DNA from: a virus
Lineage: Duplodnaviria > Caudoviricetes
Reading direction: 5' to 3' (one strand)
Virus record (IMG/VR): IMGVR_UViG_3300037484_000436
Location: 1-37,768 of that record
DNA length: 37,768 nt
The notes below the pieces were generated by a model that did not search any database, was not told the DNA's origin, and saw only the letters and a program-made list of their open reading frames with translations. Numbering within the stretch: the stretch's first letter is position 1; each line of letters begins with the position of its first letter. The position numbers and the translations under genes are program-made. Below, piece after piece: positions 6,581 to 16,323 of the stretch.

Positions 6581-9500
6581 TAATCTTCTTTCCTGTTAAA
6601 CCTTATTTGACGTTTACTGGGTTGTAGTCTCTGGCGTATTTCCGATTTAAACTGGTTGCCGATTTTAAACTCAGGCATTCCTTTTTCTTCCATCTCCTCG
6701 TTGAATTTATGTAAATCTTCTATGATACGGTCTTTCCCGGCCTCATCATCATTCAGGTGATATTTAACCCACCTATCGGCCAGATTTTCCATTTTCCCCT
6801 GGGCCATTTTATTCATATTGGCATAGGATTGATATTTGATATTGCTTTCCCCTCTTCTCTGGGGATTGAATCCTGCGGCTTTGGTAGCGGCCTCACGCAG
6901 GGTGATTTTGTCCTGCTTTGGTTCTTCACCCGATAAATCAAAAATGGGCTTGCCTTTCCAGGTGGAACGTCCCTGGGTGTATTCCCGGATAGCCGTTTGA
7001 GGATTTTTTAAAAAAGTGGGGGACATTTCTTCGATGGCCCTTGCGAATTCCTTATCGGACATCAATTTAGCCCCTCGACCAATTCCTCTACCTATGTTGG
7101 TAAAAACACCGAACAGATTTTCCCCGATATCGGCATCTTTTCTGGATAATAAATCATATCCGGGAATTCCTATTTTCATAGACCCGCTGATATCCGTACC
7201 CATCAGCCCAGCCATGCCGTTGGTAAAGAAAGGAGACATGGCCCCGGTTTCATCATTAAGATAATCGACGGCCTCTTTTCGCAAGGGACGCATGAAAAGC
7301 TTCTCCGCTATATCCATTAAATCATCCAGGAAGGGAATGGCCAAAGGACCGGCCAATAAGGCCATCCAGGCCAGGGATTCAATACTTGCAATTTTCCCTT
7401 TTGCCCCTCCGGACTGCCAATTCTGTTTCAGGCTCAACAAATAATTATGCTGCCAGGGTATAAAGGTATAAGCAGCCCGGCCCAGGCTTCGGGTGATGGC
7501 CCCTTCTCCTCTGGCAACTTCCGGGAGATTGGCCTTGCCGTAAAGCCAGTGAACATCCAAAACGAAGTCACGAGCCGACTTGAAAGCCTCGGCGGTTCCC
7601 TGTCCCTTCTCCCTGAACCAGCGGTAAGCGGCCAGCATGGTATAGGCCCTATTGAACTTTTCCATGCCGCTGATAGGCAGGCTCAAGACCTGGGCCGCTT
7701 TTTTCATGACTGGGTTCAAACCGCCCTCGATCCGGGCCGTGGTCTCTTTGACATAGGGATCATCGATGATGCCCTTATCTAAGGCCACCTGGAACATCCG
7801 GGCCTCTTCTTGACTCATATTGCTTTTAATCACAACGTCTATTTGGGCTTTCAAAAGATCCTTCTCGGGAAAGGTCTTGATTTTCCGGGCCTGTGGCAAA
7901 ACGGTGGTTAGGCCCTGGGAAGCCTGAAGAAAGACTTGTTTCATGTTCCCCATAAGGTAGTAGGTGAAAGCCATTCCTCGGGCCTTGGCCGCTATCTGAT
8001 CCACGGTCTCGGCGTTTCTCAGGGCATCCTTGGCGTATTTGGAGAAATAATCAAAAACCTGGGGAGCGGCCTTGTGGAGCTTCCCCAGTTCTTCGGCAAA
8101 TTCATAGCTGGCGATATATTTTGTTTTCCATCCCGCGTATCCGGCCAGATATTGATTGAGAACGCCTTGAAGGTCGGTTTCCTTATATCCCTTAATGACC
8201 CCGGTTGTGGTTCTTTGGATGCCGTGCTTTGTCCATCCCCTGGCCTTGAGAGTCTCGACCATGGCATTAAGGACTTCGTTTTGCAACTCATCGGCCAGGG
8301 CCGCCGTTTCTCCACCGCCTGCCTTGATCTTGTCAATAGCCTGGGAAAGAAAGCGGTCCAGGGAAATGGCATCAATGCCCTGGAAAACCGATTCCGGAGT
8401 CTTAGTGACTTCTCTGTATGTGGCGGTCAGCCCTGCTTTTTGATGCTTCTCGACCAGGGCCTTAGCCCCGGCTATGGTTTTGGCCTGCTCATAGGAGATC
8501 ATGTTTCCATCGGCATCTTTAGCCGACACCCCATAATTTCCTGGTTCCCTGACCCTGGGAAAATAACCTTTGACCTTGCCCATTTCATTCCTGAGTTCGT
8601 TGATCTTGGAAAGGGGCTTTGTCAATTTCATCATGGCATCTACAAAACCGGGATCGTTTAAGATTTTATCATCCTTCGGCATCTCGCCCTCATGGGCAAA
8701 TTTCTTTAATTCCTGATAAAAAGGCTCGCTCCGATATTTGACCAATTGGGCATCGACGAGGGTCGTTCGGAAATCGGCGTTAACCTGGTCCAGCACCTTT
8801 CTGGCGGCCTTATAGGCTTCGATCTGGACAGGATTCAAACCGGACTTTTTCAATCCTTCAGGATTACCGGAAAGGTCAATTCCCTGAGCATCCCATTCGA
8901 TAATCTTCTTTTCCAGGTTCTTAAGATCATTACCTTTTAATTTAAAAAAAGGTTCTGCTCTACGTAGAACATTGACATAATACTGATTCCGATTTTCATC
9001 CCGGCGAAGTTGGACATCAACCACCGGTTTCGCTTCCGGGTGAGCCTTAGCCATATACCAGGGATTAGAATAGATGCGCTCAAGAAGAACTTCGTGCTCC
9101 TTAGTAATGGGCAGATGCTCTCTGAGGACCTTCAGGGCTTCTTTGGGGGAAAGGCCGGCGTGGAGATAGGTGGTGTCGTCGGTCGGAACTTCCGGACCTC
9201 CGAATTCGGGAGAGACGATTTTACCGGGTTTTTCTTTTTTCTCTCCTCTTAGAAAAGCTCTGCTTCCGGGAACATTTTCACCTTCAAGGGGGCCTTTTGG
9301 AAATGCGGGGGTTCTGGTCGGGCCTCGTTCTCCGGGTTGAACCCCTCCGGCTATTTGCAGAGCAGGAAAGGGTTGGGCGCGGGTGGGCAGAATTTTACCA
9401 CCTGCTTCTTTGGACTTGATCTCTTCCCGCCTTTTGATCGGAGTGACTTTGGCAGGTTTTGAAACTACTTCCCTGCCTTCTCCCGGCAGGGTGGAGCGGT

Positions 9501-12114
9501 TAGGGAGTAATAATACATTTTTTTTATTGAAAACAAGATAAACATCAGAAGGTATAGGTTTCTCACCAGGATTATCAATGACATTTTCTAAAATTATACT
9601 ATCGTGGCCATCTCTTATGGCGTCTTCGATTAAAAATGGTTCTTCAAAAACCTCATATGCCATTTTCCCTTGAGCATTTATCTTTAATGGATTTTTAATA
9701 TTTATATAGGCTTCATAGATTGTAGGATTACTCTTTGCTCTTGCTTCTTCTGGAAATTTTTCAAGAAAATTATTATTAAACTCGCCTACCTTTTCAGAAA
9801 ATTCTTTATTTATTTTTTCATAGCCATCTGAGTACTTTGCATATAATTTTTTATTGTCAAAAATTTTATCTTCGTTTCCGCCGTTGTTTTTTATAAAATT
9901 ATCGTGATATTTTTTTAGTTCAAGACTTAATTTATTACTTAGATCTTCCTTTTTTTTAAATGTTTCATTAAGTAAGCCATAGGATAATAAGGAAGTTTCT
10001 CCCTGAGCATATTCAGAATATTCTCTGGCAACATCATGTGAGTCTGTTAAAAAAAATCCCATTTTAGCAGAGTCGGCGTTTGTATTTTTACCTAAAAAAC
10101 TTTTATTTATTTTTTGAAATTTACTTCCAGAACCATGATAAAGAGTACCCTGAATAAGGCTTTCTTTAAACGGATTCCCACCCACGGGCAAAGGGGTTTC
10201 TTGAGGTGGTATTTCGCCCGGCCCCTTTTTCAAGGACATAGATGGAATTTTAGCAGGTCCGGTTTTCGGCTTCAACTCTGGATAATCGGCCAGGACGGAG
10301 GCAGGAAGTTTTCCATCCTGAATCATGTTGGCAAGTTTTTCATTAATGTTCTTCCCCCGATATGCCATAACCTCTTTATTATCAAAAAGCCGTGCTTTAT
10401 ATCCAGGAGCTATTTTACCTTCCACAAAATGAGCTTTTTCATGATCAATAATATCCATCTGGTCTTTTGCGCTATGATCGAAAAAGGCATCTGTTACCAT
10501 AATGGTTCCGTCAGAATTGGACCAAGCAATGTGTTCTTTTGCATAAGCAGGAACATTTTTTTGATATTTGATCCCTTTGGGTAAATTGTCCTTGGTCATT
10601 TCCCAGGGCTGTTTGGCCTCTGCCTTTTCTTCAATGACTTTCTTTTCCTTTATAAATTTATCCAAAACAGCATCCGAGGTCTCCTGAATCGCTTTACGGT
10701 TTTCAGCAGGGCTCCTTGGTTCCGATTTAAGCCAATTCTGATAAATATCTTCTGGAGGAACGACCGGGGAGGTGGTCGGGGCCTCCCCGGCCTGGATGGG
10801 AACAGCGGGGGGAGGTGGCCCCGGTATCCCACCTGGAAGACCTAATTCCGGGGGAGGCGGCCCCGGAGGTAAAGGTCGGCCTTCCGGAAATCTTACAGGA
10901 GGATAAAATGGTCCGGTCTGTTCTATGACATTGGGTTCATAGGGTGGGCCTTCAATGGGCGGTCTTGGCGGTGGATTTAATTCAAAGCCCTGACCAGGAG
11001 GAAGGGCCAGTGGTCCCGGCTGAAGTCTTTGGGCCATATCCAGGCTGAAAGGTTGATTTTCGCCCGCTACGGTCCCCATATTTGGGTCTCTGGTCCGGAA
11101 AGGGTCAACAGGCTCTGGCAATGCTCCCCGCATCTCTCCGGGTTCCTTAAAAATTATATCGCCTAATCCTTCGGGTTGGGCCTGTGCTCCTTCGCCCACG
11201 TTTCGGGCGGTCCTTGCTTCTTTTTGTAAATTCGGCCATCTTCTGAGAATTTCGCCCTGGGTCATATCCGGATTGTTCCGGATTACTTCATCCAGGTTTT
11301 GGAGCATCAAGCCACGTTCCTTGATAGTGGCCCTTCGATAGATATTAGATTCCCTAACCGCCTGAGGGATATCCTTCAGGTGCGGTAAGCCCTCGAACAT
11401 GGCAAAGAGGGCTGCATTTTCCAGAGTCTGATCAACTTCACCTTCTCCGGTCAAACCTCCGGCGATCATGCCGGCCATGATGTTGCGGTAAACGGGTCTG
11501 GCGGCTTTGATAATGGCGGGGATCTCAGACACTAATTTCCCGGCTGATAAGGCAATCCGAATGGGTCCAGCGACTGAAGCGATCCCGGCCACAGTATTTC
11601 CAAATATTTCTCCGATATCGGATTCTGTTTTGACAAGGCGAGGCATCCCGCTTGCGTCTGGTTCAATGGTTACGTCAGGCATTTTACCGACATTTGGTTG
11701 CCAATATCTTGCGGATTCTTCCAAGGTTTTGGAAACGGGGAAAATCTCACGCCCACTTACTCCGCCTTCAAGTAGGGGAGTAAAAGGGGCGGTAATGGCC
11801 CGAATTCCTTGAACGGCTCCATAAGGCACCGCTTTGGCCACTTCCCGGATCGTCCGGCCAATTGTCCTGGGTTCGGGCGTGACCGGGGCATTCCCCAGCC
11901 CGGTCATAAGCTCAAGTGCCCGGCTGGGATTGGTGGCCAAGTCCAAGAGATCATCGTCGATGGCCGTATTTTGGACCGCCTGACGCCCTGGTTGGGCCGC
12001 TGAGGGGGGTCTTGTTCCGGGTTGGATGTTTGTATCTTCTCCAAAAACGGCATCTCCCAGGCCCAGGGAGGGGCTTGCTTCTTCGTTTTCGTAAAGCAGA
12101 TCGCCTAATCCCAT
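6580..12114 (-). CDS. Large ejection/internal virion protein (polyvalent-protein-like) with HExxH motif and ART-like insert
   Basis: 1844 aa; last of three genes after the nozzle; Pro-rich linker; IIDHEKAH; YHGS...GFFLTDS..A.EYS...YEAYINIKNPL...DSIILENV; helical C-terminal half. Confidence 0.75.
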   Translation of the reverse strand: MGLGDLLYENEEASPSLGLGDAVFGEDTNIQPGTRPPSAAQPGRQAVQNTAIDDDLLDLATNPSRALELMTGLGNAPVTPEPRTIGRTIREVAKAVPYGAVQGIRAITAPFTPLLEGGVSGREIFPVSKTLEESARYWQPNVGKMPDVTIEPDASGMPRLVKTESDIGEIFGNTVAGIASVAGPIRIALSAGKLVSEIPAIIKAARPVYRNIMAGMIAGGLTGEGEVDQTLENAALFAMFEGLPHLKDIPQAVRESNIYRRATIKERGLMLQNLDEVIRNNPDMTQGEILRRWPNLQKEARTARNVGEGAQAQPEGLGDIIFKEPGEMRGALPEPVDPFRTRDPNMGTVAGENQPFSLDMAQRLQPGPLALPPGQGFELNPPPRPPIEGPPYEPNVIEQTGPFYPPVRFPEGRPLPPGPPPPELGLPGGIPGPPPPAVPIQAGEAPTTSPVVPPEDIYQNWLKSEPRSPAENRKAIQETSDAVLDKFIKEKKVIEEKAEAKQPWEMTKDNLPKGIKYQKNVPAYAKEHIAWSNSDGTIMVTDAFFDHSAKDQMDIIDHEKAHFVEGKIAPGYKARLFDNKEVMAYRGKNINEKLANMIQDGKLPASVLADYPELKPKTGPAKIPSMSLKKGPGEIPPQETPLPVGGNPFKESLIQGTLYHGSGSKFQKINKSFLGKNTNADSAKMGFFLTDSHDVAREYSEYAQGETSLLSYGLLNETFKKKEDLSNKLSLELKKYHDNFIKNNGGNEDKIFDNKKLYAKYSDGYEKINKEFSEKVGEFNNNFLEKFPEEARAKSNPTIYEAYINIKNPLKINAQGKMAYEVFEEPFLIEDAIRDGHDSIILENVIDNPGEKPIPSDVYLVFNKKNVLLLPNRSTLPGEGREVVSKPAKVTPIKRREEIKSKEAGGKILPTRAQPFPALQIAGGVQPGERGPTRTPAFPKGPLEGENVPGSRAFLRGEKKEKPGKIVSPEFGGPEVPTDDTTYLHAGLSPKEALKVLREHLPITKEHEVLLERIYSNPWYMAKAHPEAKPVVDVQLRRDENRNQYYVNVLRRAEPFFKLKGNDLKNLEKKIIEWDAQGIDLSGNPEGLKKSGLNPVQIEAYKAARKVLDQVNADFRTTLVDAQLVKYRSEPFYQELKKFAHEGEMPKDDKILNDPGFVDAMMKLTKPLSKINELRNEMGKVKGYFPRVREPGNYGVSAKDADGNMISYEQAKTIAGAKALVEKHQKAGLTATYREVTKTPESVFQGIDAISLDRFLSQAIDKIKAGGGETAALADELQNEVLNAMVETLKARGWTKHGIQRTTTGVIKGYKETDLQGVLNQYLAGYAGWKTKYIASYEFAEELGKLHKAAPQVFDYFSKYAKDALRNAETVDQIAAKARGMAFTYYLMGNMKQVFLQASQGLTTVLPQARKIKTFPEKDLLKAQIDVVIKSNMSQEEARMFQVALDKGIIDDPYVKETTARIEGGLNPVMKKAAQVLSLPISGMEKFNRAYTMLAAYRWFREKGQGTAEAFKSARDFVLDVHWLYGKANLPEVARGEGAITRSLGRAAYTFIPWQHNYLLSLKQNWQSGGAKGKIASIESLAWMALLAGPLAIPFLDDLMDIAEKLFMRPLRKEAVDYLNDETGAMSPFFTNGMAGLMGTDISGSMKIGIPGYDLLSRKDADIGENLFGVFTNIGRGIGRGAKLMSDKEFARAIEEMSPTFLKNPQTAIREYTQGRSTWKGKPIFDLSGEEPKQDKITLREAATKAAGFNPQRRGESNIKYQSYANMNKMAQGKMENLADRWVKYHLNDDEAGKDRIIEDLHKFNEEMEEKGMPEFKIGNQFKSEIRQRLQPSKRQIRFNRKED

Positions 12115-12115
12115 T

Positions 12116-13297
12116 TTACAATCCCAATTCCTGACCCAGGCGGTTCAATTCTTCCCTGGTCCAGCCATATTGATTCTTAAGGGTTTGGGCACGTTTCATG
12201 ATTTCGTTTTTGTCCGTTATGCCCTTCATGTAGGACAGGCCCTTTTCGATGCTTCTGGCCTGTTGACCCTGAGTTCCGCCTTCTTTCTTCAAAATCTGTT
12301 TTTCCCGGCTTTCGAGTAGCTTTAAATGCTCAGAGGATGCCTGCTTATCTTTTTTTGACAGCAGAGTGTCATGAAGATCCCGGCGAAGACCAGTTTTCTC
12401 CTGTCTGATAGATATAAGCTCCTGCTGGTCCTCCTTGGTCATTTTGCCCTGGCCGGCCAACTCCTTCTTGTGAGCCTTGAAAAAATTAAGCGCTAAAGAT
12501 TGATCCTGATGGGCCATATTATAAGCATTTTTTGTTTTTTCCTCAGCCAGATCCCCGGCCTCTTTGATCTGTTTCTGTAGTCGGTTATATCTAAGGGTAG
12601 AATCCGCTCCCATCTGCTTGGGACCATAGGTTTCATAATCATAAATAAATTGGGCGTTCCCTTCCTTCAATGGATCTTCGGCGGCTTTTCGTACTTCAGC
12701 AGGATTGATTTTAAGGGGATCATTCCCGCCATAGTTTTGTTGCACCCGGAAATTCCAGAATTTATCAAAATCTTTCTGGTCCGTAAGGTCCTGGTCAGAA
12801 GGTGGTTGTCCGGGATAGGGACTTTCCTTTTTGGTTTTTGGCTTTTCCAGGCTCGCTTCCGGGGGACCTATTACGTTTCCCCATTTTCCATAACCCTTGG
12901 TTTTGGCCTGAGCGGTTTCTTCCGGGGTATCGGCCAGAAAATCAAACTTTTTCCCTTCTCTGGCCCATTGATCGGCTGTACCTGGGAGGTTAGTGGCGTA
13001 TCTTGTGGCCGGTGGAGGCGGCCCCCCAGGCATCATGCGGCCCAGGGTTTGGCCTTCATCAAAAGTCAATTCTTCTGGATTGACTCGAAGATTCATGTCC
13101 TCCGGCGTTCCATTCGATGATTGAATCCAGGCCCGGTTATCCCTGATATATCTCGGCCCTTCTGGAGTTTGAATCGTCACAATATTATCATCAGGACTGA
13201 TCCAGGGGGCGTTTTCTGACCCCACGGGATTTTCTTCCATTTCATCAGGAAGAAGGTTCTGTTTAAATTGCTGGACTGCTTTTCTAAGTCTGGCCAT
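12116..13297 (-). CDS. Putative ejection/internal virion protein
   Basis: Hydrophilic, Q/K/E-rich; middle gene of the podovirus ejection trio by position. Confidence 0.6.
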   Translation of the reverse strand: MARLRKAVQQFKQNLLPDEMEENPVGSENAPWISPDDNIVTIQTPEGPRYIRDNRAWIQSSNGTPEDMNLRVNPEELTFDEGQTLGRMMPGGPPPPATRYATNLPGTADQWAREGKKFDFLADTPEETAQAKTKGYGKWGNVIGPPEASLEKPKTKKESPYPGQPPSDQDLTDQKDFDKFWNFRVQQNYGGNDPLKINPAEVRKAAEDPLKEGNAQFIYDYETYGPKQMGADSTLRYNRLQKQIKEAGDLAEEKTKNAYNMAHQDQSLALNFFKAHKKELAGQGKMTKEDQQELISIRQEKTGLRRDLHDTLLSKKDKQASSEHLKLLESREKQILKKEGGTQGQQARSIEKGLSYMKGITDKNEIMKRAQTLKNQYGWTREELNRLGQELGL

Positions 13298-13306
13298 CTT
13301 CTCTCC

Positions 13307-13966
13307 TTATACCAAACTGGCAAGGTAGGCTTGCCATTGATTTTGGAGGCTTTGGTTCGCTGCGGTGGCCGCAATCTGATTAGCCTGCATGGTCTGATTA
13401 GAGGCAATCTGATTAGCCTGTAGGGTCCCCTGTACCCCGGCCTGATAGGGGACATTGTAGATACCGGCAGCAGAAGTTAAGGCCCCACTCATAGCACTCT
13501 CCAATCCCTGCCCATACCCGGCCAACGCCTGCCTTATTGTCATGCTTTTGACATTAGGGTTATCATAAACGCCCTGCTGGACATCCTGTACCGTATTGCG
13601 GAGACTCCGGACGGCGGGGGCGGCGATCCTTTGGGCCATACTTTCCACCTTGCTCATATCGTAGGCGGGCACTCCCCCTGGGGTGGTGGTGCCGGGGGTG
13701 GTGCCTCTCAATGTTCCCTTTGACCCGAAGGTGGTCGTGTTGGCAGGTAGCGTTGGAGCCAATCTGCGATTCACTGATCGAAGAGTGTTAGGAGAAGCCC
13801 CCGGAGCACCAGAAGAGGAAGGGTTCAACTGCTGAAAGGTATTCATCCAATTACCCAATTGGTTAGTTTGGGCGGTCAGCGCTGCCTGCCCCTGGCCCCC
13901 TCCGGTTGGATTGGTCAGAAAGGGGTAGAATAAATTTTGTGGTGGTTGAACCGCTTGAACAGCCAT
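13307..13966 (-). CDS. Putative ejection (pilot-like) protein
   Basis: A/G/Q/T-rich, with LQANQIA/MQANQIA repeats; AAGGGAG SD before ATG 13966. Confidence 0.6.
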   Translation of the reverse strand: MAVQAVQPPQNLFYPFLTNPTGGGQGQAALTAQTNQLGNWMNTFQQLNPSSSGAPGASPNTLRSVNRRLAPTLPANTTTFGSKGTLRGTTPGTTTPGGVPAYDMSKVESMAQRIAAPAVRSLRNTVQDVQQGVYDNPNVKSMTIRQALAGYGQGLESAMSGALTSAAGIYNVPYQAGVQGTLQANQIASNQTMQANQIAATAANQSLQNQWQAYLASLV

Positions 13967-13967
13967 C

Positions 13968-14171
13968 TCACTTCTCCCTTCGATAAAAGATACTTGGTTT
14001 CTCCTGATAGTCACACCCGGAGCATTCAATTAATCCTTCCGGTGCCCCACAACAGACTGCCATCTCATAGAGGCGCTCCCCGCACTTCGGGCAAGGGGGG
14101 TCTATCCAGGTATAGGCGGTCCCCGGAATGGGGTCACGCTTACTCCCCTTCTTGAGCTTGCTCAGATCCAT
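13968..14171 (-). CDS. Small zinc-finger protein (CPKC...CC...CSGC)
   Basis: GGGGGAG SD before ATG 14171; Cys motifs. Confidence 0.65.
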   Translation of the reverse strand: MDLSKLKKGSKRDPIPGTAYTWIDPPCPKCGERLYEMAVCCGAPEGLIECSGCDYQEKPSIFYRREK

Positions 14172-14340
14172 GTCTATAGCTCCCCCCATCAACAACAACA
14201 CGTGTTATCTCAAATTCCGATTGGGCTGACAAATACCCTACTATCACTTCATTTATCCTACGGATAGCAGCGCGGAAGGCATCCTCACCAGCCTCCACCT
14301 CTATTAACATCTCCACCCTTCCATTAAATAGAACTTTCAT
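14140..14340 (-). CDS. Hypothetical protein
   Basis: GAGGAGGGG SD; packed between the Zn-finger genes. Confidence 0.6.
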   Translation of the reverse strand: MKVLFNGRVEMLIEVEAGEDAFRAAIRRINEVIVGYLSAQSEFEITRVVVDGGSYRHGSEQAQEGE

Positions 14341-14707
14341 GTCCCCTCCTCAGTTCCTTCTCCCAATCCTCAATGGACATCTCACTATAGAGGACCGTCT
14401 TACATTCCGGATTCTCACACGTCAACATCACCTGGTAACCCTCCGGATTGGGCTTCAGGGGCATGAACATAACGTCATTGCCGCAGTCCGGGCATTTGGG
14501 ACGGTCATATTTATCAAATAGAGCCGGAGGGCGATTACCGCTTATTGCCGTACTGATCCATATTTTCCTGTCCTGTTCGGCCAGAACTTCTTGGTAGAGG
14601 GTGAAGGCATTGGTGATATTCCCCTCGGTCAGGTTGATAAATATCTTCCTGGCCCTGGCCACAGCCTCAATCCGGTCTTGAAACTCCTCTTGGTTCATTC
14701 GGTTCAT
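14324..14707 (-). CDS. Zinc-ribbon-containing protein (CPDC...CENPEC)
   Basis: GAGGGG SD before ATG 14707; Cys motifs. Confidence 0.7.
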   Translation of the reverse strand: MNRMNQEEFQDRIEAVARARKIFINLTEGNITNAFTLYQEVLAEQDRKIWISTAISGNRPPALFDKYDRPKCPDCGNDVMFMPLKPNPEGYQVMLTCENPECKTVLYSEMSIEDWEKELRRGHESSI

Positions 14708-14714
14708 AATCCCC

Positions 14715-15947
14715 TCATAATAGCGCTGCCGGGCAGCACCCACCAGCTAACATGGCCGCTGTCCGTTTATCATAGGTCCCTGGGGAAGGCATATCCGCAC
14801 CCGCAGGGGCACAGATCCCCCCAGGTGCGCCATCTATTACGGTGGCCTCAGTACATATGTCCGGTCCCGCACCAGCATCACAGGTACAGGGAGTGCCGGG
14901 GAGAGGATAACAACAACAATTCGGATATCCGCAACCATCACACTCACAGCCATTGCAGGTAGAAGGTCCGGAATTTAGAGTCCCACTACATTTATAGGAG
15001 TTGGCCAGATAGGTCCATGTGCATAAGGCTCCCGTAATAGCCGTTACCCAGTAAGCAATCTCATTCCCATCCCAATCATTGACGGCCACATTAATACTGT
15101 CCATCAGCGCCCCACTGCTACATCTCAATTTTATGGTGGGGTTAGAGGTACAATTGGCATTACTGGCCGGGGCCGTATACAACCCGGTAGCGGTATTGAT
15201 ACTCCCCCCGCCCGTGACTTCCCAGGTATAAGATGCCCCCGGACTACCATTCACTATAGAGAAATCCTGGCTCTCCCCTACGCTCATCTGGAGGGAGGTA
15301 TAGCCGATGGTGGGAGTCCCGCACTGGGCGCACTCACTGGGGTCCTTGGCAAATCCAAAACTGACACAGGAGGCCCCACTCCGGGTCCGCCACCCTATAG
15401 CTACAAAAGAGGCGGAGGGTCCGGGACAGAATACCCCTGTACCACCTCCTACACTTATGGTTCCTTGGTCGGCATCCAACTGCATCCCAGTAGAACTACC
15501 GCCCCCGATGATGGGGTCTGAGGGGCACACCTGGGGCAGGGGAATACTTACACAGGGGCCATTGGGGCAAAACTCAAAGTTCGGTGGTCCCCAGCACCCC
15601 GTACACCCCCATCCAGGACCAGGGGGAACTATCGGGTTAGTAGGGCCAGGAGAGGGACTTGGCGGTCCCGGAGGTCCAGGTGACGGCCCCGGTCCAGGGC
15701 TGGGAGTAGGGACCGGTGGGGTGCCCGGTAATCCCGCCGACTGCTCCATATCGGCGTAATTCGGTGCCCCATAGGGCTTCTTAAATTCGCTATGCGCCAT
15801 AAACTGGCTAAACGACCTCATCACATATTCCAGCGCCCTATCCGGGGTGCGCCTCATCTTCTGCACATACCCCTTACCCGCCTGGGCATACAACCGTATC
15901 CCGTGGGTTACGTTAAGTTGAGGCGGTTTAGGATTTCTTATTGTCAA
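14715..15947 (-). CDS. Cys-rich, Pro/Gly-repeat protein with Ig-like module (probable virion appendage)
   Basis: About 26 Cys counted by hand; PSPGPGP linker; VGESQDFS..YTWEV.GGGSI...GLYTAP Ig-like motif; start codon uncertain (TTG). Confidence 0.7.
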   Translation of the reverse strand: MTIRNPKPPQLNVTHGIRLYAQAGKGYVQKMRRTPDRALEYVMRSFSQFMAHSEFKKPYGAPNYADMEQSAGLPGTPPVPTPSPGPGPSPGPPGPPSPSPGPTNPIVPPGPGWGCTGCWGPPNFEFCPNGPCVSIPLPQVCPSDPIIGGGSSTGMQLDADQGTISVGGGTGVFCPGPSASFVAIGWRTRSGASCVSFGFAKDPSECAQCGTPTIGYTSLQMSVGESQDFSIVNGSPGASYTWEVTGGGSINTATGLYTAPASNANCTSNPTIKLRCSSGALMDSINVAVNDWDGNEIAYWVTAITGALCTWTYLANSYKCSGTLNSGPSTCNGCECDGCGYPNCCCYPLPGTPCTCDAGAGPDICTEATVIDGAPGGICAPAGADMPSPGTYDKRTAAMLAGGCCPAALL

Positions 15948-16071
15948 CCTGGATCTTGATCTCCGGCTCTTTAAATTTCCTCCAGGGAGGAGGGGTCAGT
16001 TTTGGTTCATTCCCTATCTTTTTGACTTCAAAAAATTGCTGTTTCCAGCCTTTGATTTTTAGGTCATTCAT
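15928..16071 (-). CDS. Hypothetical small protein
   Basis: AGGAGGT SD before ATG 16071. Confidence 0.55.
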   Translation of the reverse strand: MNDLKIKGWKQQFFEVKKIGNEPKLTPPPWRKFKEPEIKIQVDNKKS

Positions 16072-16091
16072 CTTACCTCCTAAGCATTTAT

Positions 16092-16313
16092 TTAGGTAAC
16101 ATTTTTTGGAGAAACTATCTCTATTTCTACAACCTTTTTCCCGGATTTCCATTTTAACGTATCCAAATAATCCTGGGCTTCTTCTCTTGTTTCGAAACCA
16201 AACGGTTTCTCCTTAAGGAATTCTCCTTGAACCACAACTTGCAATTCAATTCCACTGCTTCCATGACCATAAGTCTCATGAACTTCTTCGGCAATTAAAA
16301 ATATTGATTTCAT
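16092..16313 (-). CDS. Hypothetical protein (AT-rich)
   Basis: AAGGAGG SD before ATG 16313; FETREEAQDYL motif. Confidence 0.65.
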   Translation of the reverse strand: MKSIFLIAEEVHETYGHGSSGIELQVVVQGEFLKEKPFGFETREEAQDYLDTLKWKSGKKVVEIEIVSPKNVT

Positions 16314-16323
16314 TTTTTCCTCC

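Noticed and set aside
15928-16071. Programmed frameshift joining the 47-aa ORF to the Cys-rich gene
   Set aside because: The overlap exists but no convincing slippery site was found; an independent TTG start is sufficient.
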